The translations under genes and the position numbers were made by a program. Below the pieces are notes generated by a model, which saw only the letters and a list, made by a program, of their open reading frames with translations, made no database searches and was not told where the DNA came from. Positions 50,926 to 62,199 of a DNA stretch of 64,000 nucleotides are shown piece after piece. The stretch's first letter is position 1; each line of letters starts with the position of its first letter. This stretch comes from Isurus oxyrinchus (Eukaryota): the NCBI GenBank assembly GCA_026770705.1, contig JANJGN010000039.1, positions 10,292,001-10,356,000 on the forward strand, in the 5' to 3' direction.

Positions 50926-51800
50926 TCAGTTATTTAATTTCTTGCATCGACGAATGAATTGAACAATTCGTGTAAAGGGATGTTTCAGCATATTCGTCAA
51001 CTGCTTCCTAAAATTCCTTTGGGCCACAGCGTAAATCCTAGTGTTTGTGCATCAGCTCAGGAGCACGGCAATTCTCCATTATTTTTGTGAATATACGATA
51101 TCCGCAGCGATATTGAATACACCGTAAACAAATCCACAACAGGATGAAATTGGCCAAGATAACAACTAGTAAAATGATGGATTTCCTCTGACTCTCCATG
51201 TCTGGGTCTCTGGGTCCCTCCCCACTACTGTGATGCCGGAATCTCCTGCGGGCTCTGCTGCTCATTAAAATATGTCTGACGGTGAGAACATTGAGCAGCA
51301 GAATCAGGAGAAATGGGGCCGCCAGGTTTACAATGTAATAGAGGATCTCAATTGTTCCCCAGACAGGGGAATGCTGAGCCTCGACTGTTGTGTCACAAAA
51401 CCAGGGGAAACAGTATATATTTTCCTTAAAACATAGAACACCAGGTGATGTTCTTTAAACAGCTCAGCAGAGTCACAGTTCCCTGAACCGTAGCTGCTTT
51501 TTCCTCAGTGCAATATTTCATTTTCAGCCTCTGGCTACAAATAGCTACAAATCGATCAAAGGTGAACGTGACAGTGAACCAGACTGAAGAGTCCGTGGCT
51601 GCATAAATCAGGACAGCATGGATATTAGACAGAGGGATAGAGTCGACGAAAATAAACTCATCCGGGTAAACAATCGGAATGTGTTTCATTATTAGGTCAA
51701 GGATAATGACCAGTAGATCTGCCAGGGCCATGCCCACCAGGTAATGAGTGACACATTTGGAAAGACCACACTTTATGATCACAATCGTAAGTAAGTAAGT
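50926..51800 (-). pseudogene. GPR139-like GPCR pseudogene (exon 2), copy 3
   Basis: CGLSKCVTHYLVGMALADLLVIILDLI...VWFTVTFTFDRFVAIC (51426-51782), PRDPDMESQRKSIILLVVILANFILLW (51038-51265), CTNTRIYAVAQRNFRKQL. Multiple frameshifts, and the acceptor region is damaged. Confidence 0.9.
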
Positions 51801-52789
51801 GAGGAAGGGAAAATAATCGTAAAGATTAGAAATCAGGCGTAACCAGCTTTATTTTGTATCTATTGAACTGATGTAGTTTATTGCAGTGATGCACTGATAT
51901 GATTGTACTTGAAGGTACAGAGGTTAGATGACATGAGAAAATGGTGACCTTTGAACTCAGTGTTGATTCTAATACTCCCATTGGCGCCAAGTCTGACTGA
52001 AATGCTGCTTGCCATCTGAACACTCACAGTTCTAATGAAGTACCACGTCACTTCTGGCTTTTCTATGATTATATACCCAACATCATTTTTGGATTCTGCA
52101 GCTGACTAAAAAGCCGGGCACCCCTTCAGCCGCATCCCCTCCCCATTTATGCGGTCTGATGGACGGCAGCATGCAATCCGGATTTCCTGCATTATTGGCT
52201 GGCTTCTAGAGCGGTCAGCAGGGCCAGGAATTGTTTCCAATGCTGACCTTGTAACCCAGAGCCAGGTCTGGATCCTGACTGAGCCGCAATGCTTCAATGG
52301 CGAAGGCTCCCTGAACTGAGATATTGACTCTGCTTCTCTCTCAGACTTACAAACTGCAGACTTTGCACAGAAACGAATTATTTATGTAGCACTTAACATA
52401 TACCTTTAAACATGACACTGTGATTCACAGGAACAACATAACATAAGATATAATGCTGACCAAGATAAGGTGATATTAGTTAAGTTGAAAATGTCCTTGC
52501 TGAAATAGGTCTGTTTGAGGAGTGTTGGAAATCAGTAAAGCGAGCCTGAGGTAGAGGGAGCATTGTGTGGGGCTTTGGGTGAAGTGTGTGGGATGGAGGT
52601 TTGGTGTTGTGGGGGCAGTAGGGCAGATGGTGGTATGGGGCGGTGGGAGGGATGGTGGGGTAGGAGCAGGGTCAGTGGCTGGAGCGGGATGGTGGAATGG
52701 GGAGATGGTGGTCGCGGGGGGAGCGCTGGACATTTTGTAGTGATACCTATCACAGAGGGAGATGATATTGGTTATTGGGGCTAATCATC

Positions 52790-53360
52790 GTATTTCAGGG
52801 ATATCACTGTATAGGTTCCACAGGATAGCGTCCTCAGCCCTACCATCTTCAACTGTTTTACCAATGATCTTCCCTTAACTATAATATCAGAAGTGGGGGT
52901 GTTCACTGATGAATGCACAATGACCAGCATCATACGCAGCTCCTCAGACACTGAAGTAGTCAATGTCCAAATACAGCAAACCTTGGACAATATCCAGGCT
53001 TGGGCTGAAAAGTTGCAGTAAACATTCGACACCAAGTGCCAGTAAAGAACATGTCAAACGGGAGAGAATGTTCATATCTCTCCTTGACATTCAGCATAAT
53101 TGTCATTGCTGAGTCCTCCATGATCCTTGGAGCCACCATTGACCAGACACTGAACTGGACCAGGCATATAAATACTGCGGCTAATTGAGGTCAAGGAATA
53201 TTGCCGCGAATAACTGACCTCCTGATTTCCCAAGGACTATACATCATCTGCAAGGCAAGAGTCAGGAGTCTGATGGAATACTCGCCTCTTGACTGGATGA
53301 GTACAGCTCCCTCGACACTCAAGACACTCGACACCATCCAGGACAATGCAGCCCTGCTAA
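52790..53360 (+). mobile_element. Non-LTR retrotransposon (L2/CR1 superfamily) RT fragment
   Basis: VPQDSVL.PTIFNCF.NDLP....SEVG.F.D.CT and KARVRSLMEYSPL.WMS.AP.TLK.LDTIQD.AA.LI. Confidence 0.82.
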
Positions 53361-54615
53361 TACAGACCTTCAAACTAATTCAAAACCTGAAACTGATACA
53401 GACCCTGAAAATAATACAACTCCTGAAACTAACAGAGGCCCTGCATCTAATACAGATCTTGAAACTAATACAGACCCTGAAGCTAACGCAATCCATGAAA
53501 CTAAAAGGGTCCCGGATGCTATCACAGGCCCCGAAGCTAATTCATATCCTGGAACAAATACACACATTTAAGCAAATAAAATTCCTGTAACTACTTCAGG
53601 CCCTGAACTTAATACAGCCCCTGAAAATGAAATAGAACCTGAAACTTATATAAATCCTGAAACTAATGCAAATTCTGAAACGGAACAGATCATGAAGTTA
53701 AAACAGATCTTGAAACTAATACAATTCCTGAAGGTAATACAGATCTTAAAGTAATGTGGAATATGAAGCTAATACACATCCTGTTAATAATACAGGCCCT
53801 GACACTCATACAGACACGTAAACATTAACAGGTTCTGAAAGTAATGCGTATCTTAAAATAATGCAGACCCTGAAAAATAATGAAGTTCCTGAAACTTAAT
53901 CTGAAACTAATACAGATACTGAAACTAATACTGAATCTGAAACTAATACATACCCTGAAACCAATAGAAATCCTGAAACTAATACAATCTCTGAAGTTCA
54001 TACGAACCCTGAACTTAACACAGACCCTGAATCTAAATCAGACCTGAAATTAATACAGATCCTGAAACTAATACAAACTCTGAATCTTAAACAGACCTGA
54101 AATTAATGAAGTCTCTGAAACTAAAACAGACCCTTAAATTAATACAGGTCGTGGCAGTAAAGCGCACCCTGAAACTAATTCAGACCCTGAACCTACTACT
54201 GATCCCGAAACTAATACAGACCCTGAACGTAATACCAAAACTGCAACTAATACAGATCCTGACATTATACAGGACCTTAAACTATTCAATTTTATGGCGA
54301 TAAATCACACCCTCAACCTAGTACAGACAATGAAACTAATAGAGACTCTGAAATGAATAAAGACCCAGAAATTAATACGGATCCTTAAACGAATACAGAT
54401 CATGAAACAAATACAGACCCTGAAATGAATATAGACAATGAATCTAAAACCGACCTGAAACTAATTCTCACCTTGAAACAAATACAGATCCTGAAAGTAA
54501 TAGAGGTCCTGAAACTAATACAGAAACTGACAATAATGCAGACCCTGAAACTAATACGTATCTTGAAACTAGTACACATCCTCAAACCAAAACAATCGGG
54601 AAACTAATACACAGT
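53355..54615. repeat. 18-bp minisatellite (CTGAAACTAATACAGACC)
   Basis: Translates as LKLIQT repeats, directly abutting the LINE fragment. Confidence 0.9.
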
Positions 54616-55844
54616 CGGGGAAAGACTATTGGAGGGCACTTGCTGATGGAGACAGAGAGGGACAATATCGCAGCAAGTGTCAGGGAGCCATAATCTCGGA
54701 CAGACACAGGGACGTAAAAAGTGAGAGACTGACACACAAAATGTAGGAGAGACCGGCAGTTAATGGGAAAGAGAGTGACAAGTACGTAATAATAGAGAGG
54801 GATATAAATAGAGTGATAGAAAATAAAGAGGGATGTAAATAGAGTGAAGGTCTGTGACTCAGAGAGAAGCAAACAGCGATTTACAGTGAGGGTGAAAGAA
54901 TGGGAGTAAAAATGGTTTCAGAGAAAGTGTCAACAGGGAGTGAGTGAGAATGAAGGAATATTAAGAGAGAAGGTGTATGACAGATTGACAAACATGGAGT
55001 GAGAGTCAAAGAATGTGAGAGGAACAGAGATAGTGTGAGAGACAGTAACAGTCAGTGGGTCGGAGTCCGAGTGAAGCAATGTGCGAGAAAGAGATGGTTT
55101 GAGGGAGAGTGGCAAACAGGGAGTCCGAGTGAAAAAATGTGCGAGAAAGAAATAATGTGTGATAGGGAGTGACAACAGGGAGTGAGTGTAACATTGAATG
55201 ACTGCGAAAAGAGGTGGTTTGAGAGAGTCACAAACGGAGTGAGTGTGGGGTCTGAATGTTCCTGGTCCCATTAGTGCCCAAAGGAGGGGGCTACTCCTGT
55301 GAGAGTGTGCAGACAAACAGAGCGGCGGGTTACCTCTTCATCAATATAGAAATGGTTATTTGGTGATTCATGTAAAGAACAATGAGGGAGCCTCCATGTT
55401 GTGGCAGCTTCGTAGCCACCAACTACCAGGGCTGTGCAACTTTCCCGGTGGGACTGCCCGAACGCCAAAACTACCGGCACTCTTAGTAATGAGGCTACAT
55501 GGGGAGTTCCTACTATTCAGCATCTCACAGTGAGCTTCACAATGGACAATTAGGAGACGACCTCCAGGAAAGATTGTTCCCTCATCTCACTATCCCAACA
55601 TCAGTTCTCGGGGCTCTGATTGGGTCCCGAATTCATAGTTCCGAAGCACGCAGGTATATTCAGGTCACAGGGAGAAGCAGAGAGAGAGAGAGAGATAGAG
55701 AGAGATTGAACTAAAAGGAATTCAGATGAAGTGCGAGCTGTGGAGGGAAGTGAGCTCTGTCAGTGGGTCCTTTTCATTTCCCAGTCACTGTGTGAATCCT
55801 GAAAACCGGATCCCGTTATTTCACTTTGCATTCTAGTTCGATTC

Positions 55845-56232
55845 AATGTGTCTGTGTATGTGTGTGTGTGTGTGTGCAAGTGTGTGTTTGCAGAGAGTCT
55901 GTGCGTGCGTGTGTATGTGTATGCCTATCTGTGTAGTATTTGTGTATGTGCATGTGTGCCTGTGCACATGTGTGTGTGTCTGTCTATATTTGTGTATATC
56001 TGTGTATGTGTGTGTCTGCGTCTTTGTGTCTGTGCATGTGTGTACATGTGTGTGTGTGTGTGTGTGAGTATGTGTGCCTGTATGTGTGTCTGTGGATGTG
56101 TGTGTCTGCGTCTTTGTGTCTGTGCATCTGTGGGTGTGTTTGTGTGTGCCTGTGTGTTTGTGTTTGTGTTTGTGTGTGTGTGTGTGGGTGACTGTATGTG
56201 TGTTTGCGTGAGTGTGTGTCTGCGTGTGTCTG
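55845..56232. repeat. Degenerate (TG)n microsatellite
   Basis: Direct inspection. Confidence 0.92.
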
Positions 56233-57290
56233 TCAAGAGGCTCACATTTCCTCCCTCTGCTAATGTTCATCATTTCTGATCAGTGTTTTTTAACTCGCTG
56301 CTGTCTGATGTTGGTGAGTGTCTGTCGGTCTAAATGACAGAGGGATTTCAAAGACGTTGTGCTTTTACTGGCGAACATTTAGATTTGCTTTAATCACATT
56401 ACTCTTTATTGATTATCCTCAGCATTATTAAAGTACTGAAGGGTACAATTAAAGAGCCCAATAGACGGCGGTACAGGAGAAATATTTAGCACAAAGTTTC
56501 AAACGCTATTTGTATTCATCTTGTTGCTGTTCCCTTTGATGTTCAGGAGAGCGCATGTGGAGGGGTTTGGCGGTGAAACTTTGCAGTATCACCTTTTCTC
56601 CCTGTGCCAATGGGTGAGCGTGATGGGCGGAGCCGGCGGGAACCTTCGCTCCAAACCTGTCCATTGTGTCTGAAAAGGAAGCAGGACTAGGCCCTTTCCA
56701 TTGTGCCGTCATCAATGGACCAAAGTCACTCCCCCGTTCATTGTACAATCCCAGGGCCCTCCACTCTTTGTTAGGACGTCATCATGGGACTAGGTCCTGC
56801 CCACTTTTCCATTGTGCAGCCAGAGGAACCATCCCTCCAATTAAGCTGTCATCAATGCGAGCAGCCCCTTCTTAAGATGCTGCCACAGTTCCCGCCCTTT
56901 CTATTATTCAGTCGTTATGAAGAACAGTCCCGCCCCCTGTCCATTGTGCTGTCACATCACCCACCTGCGATATTATGCCGTTGTCATGGGGAGCAGATCT
57001 CACCCCCTAGGCATTGTGCAGTCACAGGTGCCCCAACTCCCGTTATGACCTCGTCATGGAAAACAGCACCAACCGCACACCCCCCGCCCCCCACCGCCCA
57101 CCTGCTCCCAGGGAGCTGTTGGATTAGGTGCCTCACCTCAATGCTGTCACCACGGGGTTCAGGCACCTTCCCCACACCCCATTGTAGTGGCGGTGCTACA
57201 CAACTCCTCCAGTCACTCTGTCGAACGGCACAGCACCTCCACCCACTGGGAATGTCAATTAAAATGAATAAATGCTGGACTTTCCCTGAA

Positions 57291-58204
57291 TCATTTATTC
57301 GCTCCTTTTTGAATGAATTCCACAATTGTTGCAAAGGGACATTTCAGCACATGCTTCAATTGCTCCCTGAATTTTGCCAGGGTCAGGGCATAAATACAGG
57401 AATTTGTGGAGCAGCTCAGGAGCTGCATCATGAAGCCTAGTTCCTGTACATAAGGATGCAGTAATATGGACTCGTAACCCAAATTATGCATCCGTATCCA
57501 TACAGAATATACCATAATTGTTGCCCACAACAGGAGGAAATTTGCCGAAATAGCAAACAGTAAAATCATGGATTTCCTTCGACTCTCCATCTCCGGATCT
57601 CTGAGCCCCTCTCCACTGCTCTGAGCCCAGAGCCTCCTGCGGGCACTGCTGCTCACTAAAATGTGTCTGATGGTGAAAACATTGAGCAGCAGAATCAGGA
57701 CAAATGGGACACAGGGAGTAAGAATGTAATGTACAAACTCGATTGTTACCCAAACCATAGAGTAGTAAACATCTTTTGTTGCAAAACAAAACCAGGGCAG
57801 GTTCGATAAGCTATACATTCTTGTGAACATGAAATACCAGAAAAGGTTCTTTAACATGCTCAGCACAGAGACTGTTCCAAGAACTACAGCTGCTGTCTTT
57901 TCGGTACAATATCTACATTTCAGAGTTCGGAAAGATATGGCTACAAATCGGTCAAAAGTGAAAGTGACAGTGAACCAGACTGAGCAATCTGTGGCTGCAT
58001 AAAGCAGCACGGCATGGATATTACAGATACGAAGGAACCACAGGAAACGAAACTGCTCCCGAAGAAGAATTGGAATATGCCTCAATACCAGGTCGAGGAT
58101 AATCACCATTAGGTCCGCTGATGCCATTGCCAACAAGTAGTGACTTACACATTTGGAGAGACCACACGTCCCCCGGGAAATGATTAGAATTGTCACTGAT
58201 AGAA
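57291..58204 (-). CDS. GPR139/GPR142-like class A GPCR, intact exon 2 (second half of TM1 to C-terminus); exon 1 not found
   Basis: Uninterrupted ~304-codon frame with hydrophobic TM segments, MASADL (TM2), TFDRFVAI (TM3), PCVPF (TM5), FLLLW (TM6), LLSCSTNSCIY..FREQL (TM7/H8). Acceptor ttcccttgctcacag at 58205-58219. Confidence 0.88.
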
Positions 58205-58509
58205 CTGTGAGCAAGGGAAATAAACAGGACAAGAATATACTAGGTTAGCAGAAAAGTTTATTTGATAACTTACTGTCATTTTCGATTGTGCCACTGTAAC
58301 AATTAATAAATTTAATTGATTTTACCTGTAATAACAAATGGTGGAGTTTTAAATTGTTGTATGTCTGGAGAGATTAAATGTTCAAGTATAATACTGATAT
58401 TGTAGAACTCAATTTTATTGGAGGTGCAGGAGCACCATTACTTTGGGTGCCTGTTTCCAATATTTGAACGTGTCAGTCGAGATTAACAAAAGCAGTTACT
58501 AGAACAGCT

Positions 58510-59240
58510 GGGTCCTTCAGCTTGATAAATGGATGCAAACGCCAGAAAGCTTCTCTAAACTATTCAAAACACTAGTTTGGCCAAACGTATTGTACTCTGC
58601 CGAATACTATGCATCTCACTTTAGAAATAATATGAATAATTTGAAGAGGGTAGAGAAGACACAGGCAAAACTCAACAAAACTGCACGCATCTCCGAGGGG
58701 CATCTTCAGGTGCATTCTCAAATAGACCTTTAAGTTATGTATCCTTAAATGGAACATATTTCACTGATATGAAACAATACATAGATCTTACTGTCTTCAG
58801 TCGACATCGATTATCCTTGAACTAATTTGGATCTAATTCTTTAAAAAAGAAACCTTGACCATCGGCTCTGAGTGAAATGATGGTAAGGAGCATCTCTACA
58901 CAAAAAAAAAACAAGGAGAAGTCATCCATTGTTTAGTACCTGATGCTTTATGACTCTTACCTTTCTAATCTGGCCTGTTAGTTTGGCCTGAGGGGAAAGA
59001 AAACTTCTTTCATAAAGCAGCTTGTTCTGCTCTGGAGTGCTCTGTCTGGAATTGTGCCGGAGGCATGTGCAACGACGCATTTAAAACTGTGTTAGATGAG
59101 TATTTGAATAGAAACAATGAGGAGGGTTATGGGGAAACAGTAGTACGATGGCACTGAGCAACAATGCTCATTCGGACAACAAGCCTGGTCACGATGGGCA
59201 GAATGGCCTCCTTCTGCAACATTGCAATTCCGTCATCCTG
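58510..59240 (+). mobile_element. Old CR1 LINE fragments (RT C-terminus ~58510-58680 and 3' end ~58990-59240)
   Basis: LFKTLV.P..LY.....ASHFR.....LKRV.K remnant and a CR1-like 3' tail (gatgggcagaatggcctccttctg). Confidence 0.6.
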
Positions 59241-60229
59241 TGATTCTGAATTTACCTTCACACGTCCAAACTTTTGACAGTGGGAGCAATTTATTGTATG
59301 CACCTCAATGTTCAGCATTAAATCCGGCGTGGGGAAGATGGGGTGCGCTTGGTAAACGTTGGGGTTGGGATGAAGGCAGTCATTTCTGAGGGAGTGCTGC
59401 ATCGTTAGAGGGTCAGCACATAGCGAACGTTGCACTGTCAGAGGGGCAGTAAAGAGGGAGCGCTGCACTCTCTGAGTGTCAGTACTGAGGAATTGTTGCA
59501 TTTTCGAACTACCAGCACTGAGTTAGCGCTGAGCTGTGAGTGATTCAGCATAGAGGGAATGCCGCATTGTTGGAGGGTAAGTGTTGGGGGACTGGTACAT
59601 TGTGCGAGTATCAGTTCTGACGGAGTGCTGCGCTGTCAGCGGGCCAGTGCTGAGTTAAAATCCCGTCTTACCACCTTTGCTCCATCTGTCTACCTGGCGT
59701 ATCACATTGGCACAGCCCCGCTGCTGGTGTATTTGGTCTAACAGCCTTCCACAATCCTGATCCTGGAATCTCACCCTCACTCACACAGTGTACCTATTTT
59801 ATTTTCCCACTTCCCTGGTGCACTTGGAACAGGTACCTCCCCCACTGTAGCTCTTATATTACCTCCCTGGCCTGCTGTTCCTGGAATACCCCCAACCTCA
59901 TGTATTATCCCTCCCCCTGCCAGAGATAGGCATCATTCATCCGTGCTCCTGCTTCTTTTGTTGATGGCCTGTTTGCTATCACAATCAGGGATTTACGGGG
60001 CCACAGATGACGCTTCCCTCCCCTCTGTTCTCCAGGCTGTATGGGTCACAGTGCAGCGATGGCAATTAACAGCTTATGGAACAGACTCTGTCCGTTTGTT
60101 CTGACACCATAACGACTGCACTCCCTGCCTCTCCGCCCTCTGCCTGCTGTCAGCCCAGCAAACATCCGCTCTGCCAATGGAAAGAAAAATAACATCGAAA
60201 TGCAATGCACATTTTTAATCAGTCAATGT

Positions 60230-61040
60230 TCAAATTCTCCGGTGGATTAAAGAATTGGAGTAAAGCGATATTCCAGCACAATATTGCTCCCTGAACTTAA
60301 CCTGGGTGACGGCATTAGTCCCAGCGTTGGTGCCGCAACTCAGGAGCTGCAGCATGAAGCCCAATTCCAACACAACATAATCCAGATCAACTTGCACATT
60401 CACCAAGAATGATATCACGCTTCACATATAAAAGAATATTAACATTGCCAACAACAGGATGAAATTGGCTTCCATAACACGCAGTACACACATGGATTTC
60501 GTTCGAATCTCCATCTCTGGGTCTCTGGGAGTCTCCCCACTGCTGTGAGCCTGGAGTTTCCTGTGGATTCTGCTGTTCACTAAAATGTGTGTGACGGTGA
60601 GGATATTGAGCAGCAGAATCAGGACAAATTGGTTCACAGAGGGTGCAAATTAACTGGGATCATGTTGTAGCGGAATTGTAGCTGGAGTAGTAACCCAGAA
60701 ACCTGGAATCATGCTCTGGGAACAGGCGTTCGTAACCCGCCCTGGGAGATGGTAGAATTTAAGTTCAATAAAAATCTGGAATGAAAAGCAGACTGATGAC
60801 CATGAAACCATTGCCACCTGTTGTAAAACCCCACCTGGTTAACTAATGCCCTGTAGAGTAGTAGATCTGCAGGGCAACATGTGCCTGCAGACCCACAGCA
60901 ATGTGGTTGGCTCTTAACTATCCTCTGAGCAAGGGAAATTCGGGAGAGGCAATAAGTGCCAGCCTAGCGAGCGACGCCCACGGTTCATGAATGAATAAAA
61001 CAAGAATGTGATGGAGGAACTCGACAGCTATCCAGTCGGG
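60230..61040 (-). pseudogene. GPR139-like GPCR pseudogene (TM5-C-terminus), copy 4, split by a SINE and truncated by a 41-bp array
   Basis: WIAVEFLHHIL (61003-61035), then SINE, then FVLILLLNILTVTHILV...PRDPEME.R.KS...ANFILL, ELGFMLQLLSCGTN. Frameshifts present. Confidence 0.88.
60645..61002 (+). mobile_element. Elasmobranch SINE (SacSINE1-like), near full length, inserted in GPCR TM5
   Basis: tRNA-like head (..agtaacccaga...gttcgtaacccgcc..), core and tail gggcaataa.tgc..gcctagc.agcgacgcccac..catgaatgaataaaa. The GPCR frame resumes on both sides. Confidence 0.8.
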
Positions 61041-61050
61041 AGATGATTTT

Positions 61051-62188
61051 GGAAAGAGTGACCTGCAGTCAGCATCGCGGTGAAACAGTCTGGAAAGAGT
61101 GACCTGCAGTCAGCATCACGGTGAAACAGTCTGGAAAGAGTGACCTGCAGTCAGCATCGCGGTGAAACAGTCTGGAAAGAGTGACCTGCAGTCAGCATCG
61201 CGGTGAAACAGTCTGGAAAGAGTGACCTGCAGTCAGCATCGCGGTGAAACAGTCTGGAAAGAGTGACCTGCAGTCAGCATCGCGCGCGGTGAAATAGTCT
61301 GGAAAGAGTAACCTGCAGTCAGCATCGCGGTGAAACAATCTGGAAAGAGTGACCTGCAGTCAGCATCGCGGTGAAACAGTCTGGAAAGAGTGACCTGCAG
61401 TCAGCATCGCGCGCGGTGAAACAGTCTGGAAAGAGTGACCTGCAGTCAGCATCACGGTGAAACAGTCTGGAAAGAGTATCCTGCAGTCAGCATCGCGGTG
61501 AAACAGTCTGGAAAGAGTGACCTGCAGTCAGCATCGCGGTGAAACAGTCTGGAAAGAGTGACCTGCAGTCAGCATCGCGCGCGGTGAAACAGTCTGGAAA
61601 GAGTGACCTGCAGTCAGCATCGCGGTGAAACAGTCTGGAAAGAGTGACCTGCAGTGAGCATCGCGGTGAAACAGTCTGGAAAGAGTGACCTGCAGTCAGC
61701 ATCGCGGTGAAACAGTCTGGAAAGAGTGACCTGCAGTCAGCATCGCGGTGAAACACTCTGGAAAGAGTGACCTGCAGTCAGCATCGCGGTGAAACAGTCT
61801 GGAAAGAGTGACCTGCAGTCAGCATCACGGTGAAACAGTCTGGAAAGAGTGACCTGCAGTCAGCATCGCGGTGAAACAGTCTGGAAAGAGTGACCTGCAG
61901 TCAGCATCGCGGTGAAACAGTCTGGAAAGAGTGACCTGCAGTCAGCATCACGGTGAAACAGTCTGGAAAGAGTGACCTGCAGTCAGCATCGCGCTGAAAC
62001 AGTCTGGAAAGAGTGACCTGCAGTCAGCATCGCGGTGAAACAGTCTGGAAAGAGTGACCTGCAGTCAGCATCACGGTGAAACAGTCTGGAAAGAGTGACC
62101 TGCAGTCAGCATCGCGGTGAAACAGTCTGGAAAGAGTGACCTGCAGTCAGCATCGCGGTGAAACAGTCTGGAAAGAGTATCCTGCAGA
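61051..62188. repeat. 41-bp tandem array (~28 copies; GGAAAGAGTGACCTGCAGTCAGCATCGCGGTGAAACAGTCT)
   Basis: 41-bp period (61051 to 61092), near-identical units, occasional +4 bp CGCG variant. Confidence 0.96.
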
Positions 62189-62199
62189 TATTCTTTAGA

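Noticed and set aside
53355-54615. Leucine-zipper-like LKLIQT protein
   Set aside because: 18-bp minisatellite with frequent stops and frameshifts, fused only by chance to a LINE RT fragment.
55270-55720. Non-repetitive island possibly coding (Ig-like or other exon)
   Set aside because: No consistent frame, splice pair or recognisable motif found on either strand.
55833-56279. His/Thr- and Cys/Val-rich ORFs
   Set aside because: Translations of a (TG)n microsatellite.
58205-58232. ORF-track start 'MSCLFPLLT' for the intact GPCR
   Set aside because: The start codon is TTG and the segment is the intronic polypyrimidine tract and acceptor. The same applies to the N-terminal extension of ORF 24187-25002.
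61051-62188. 41-bp array (and the 69-bp array at 49140-50257) as CRISPR or coding repeat
   Set aside because: Head-to-tail tandem units without spacers. ORF 61487-61756 is just repeat translation.
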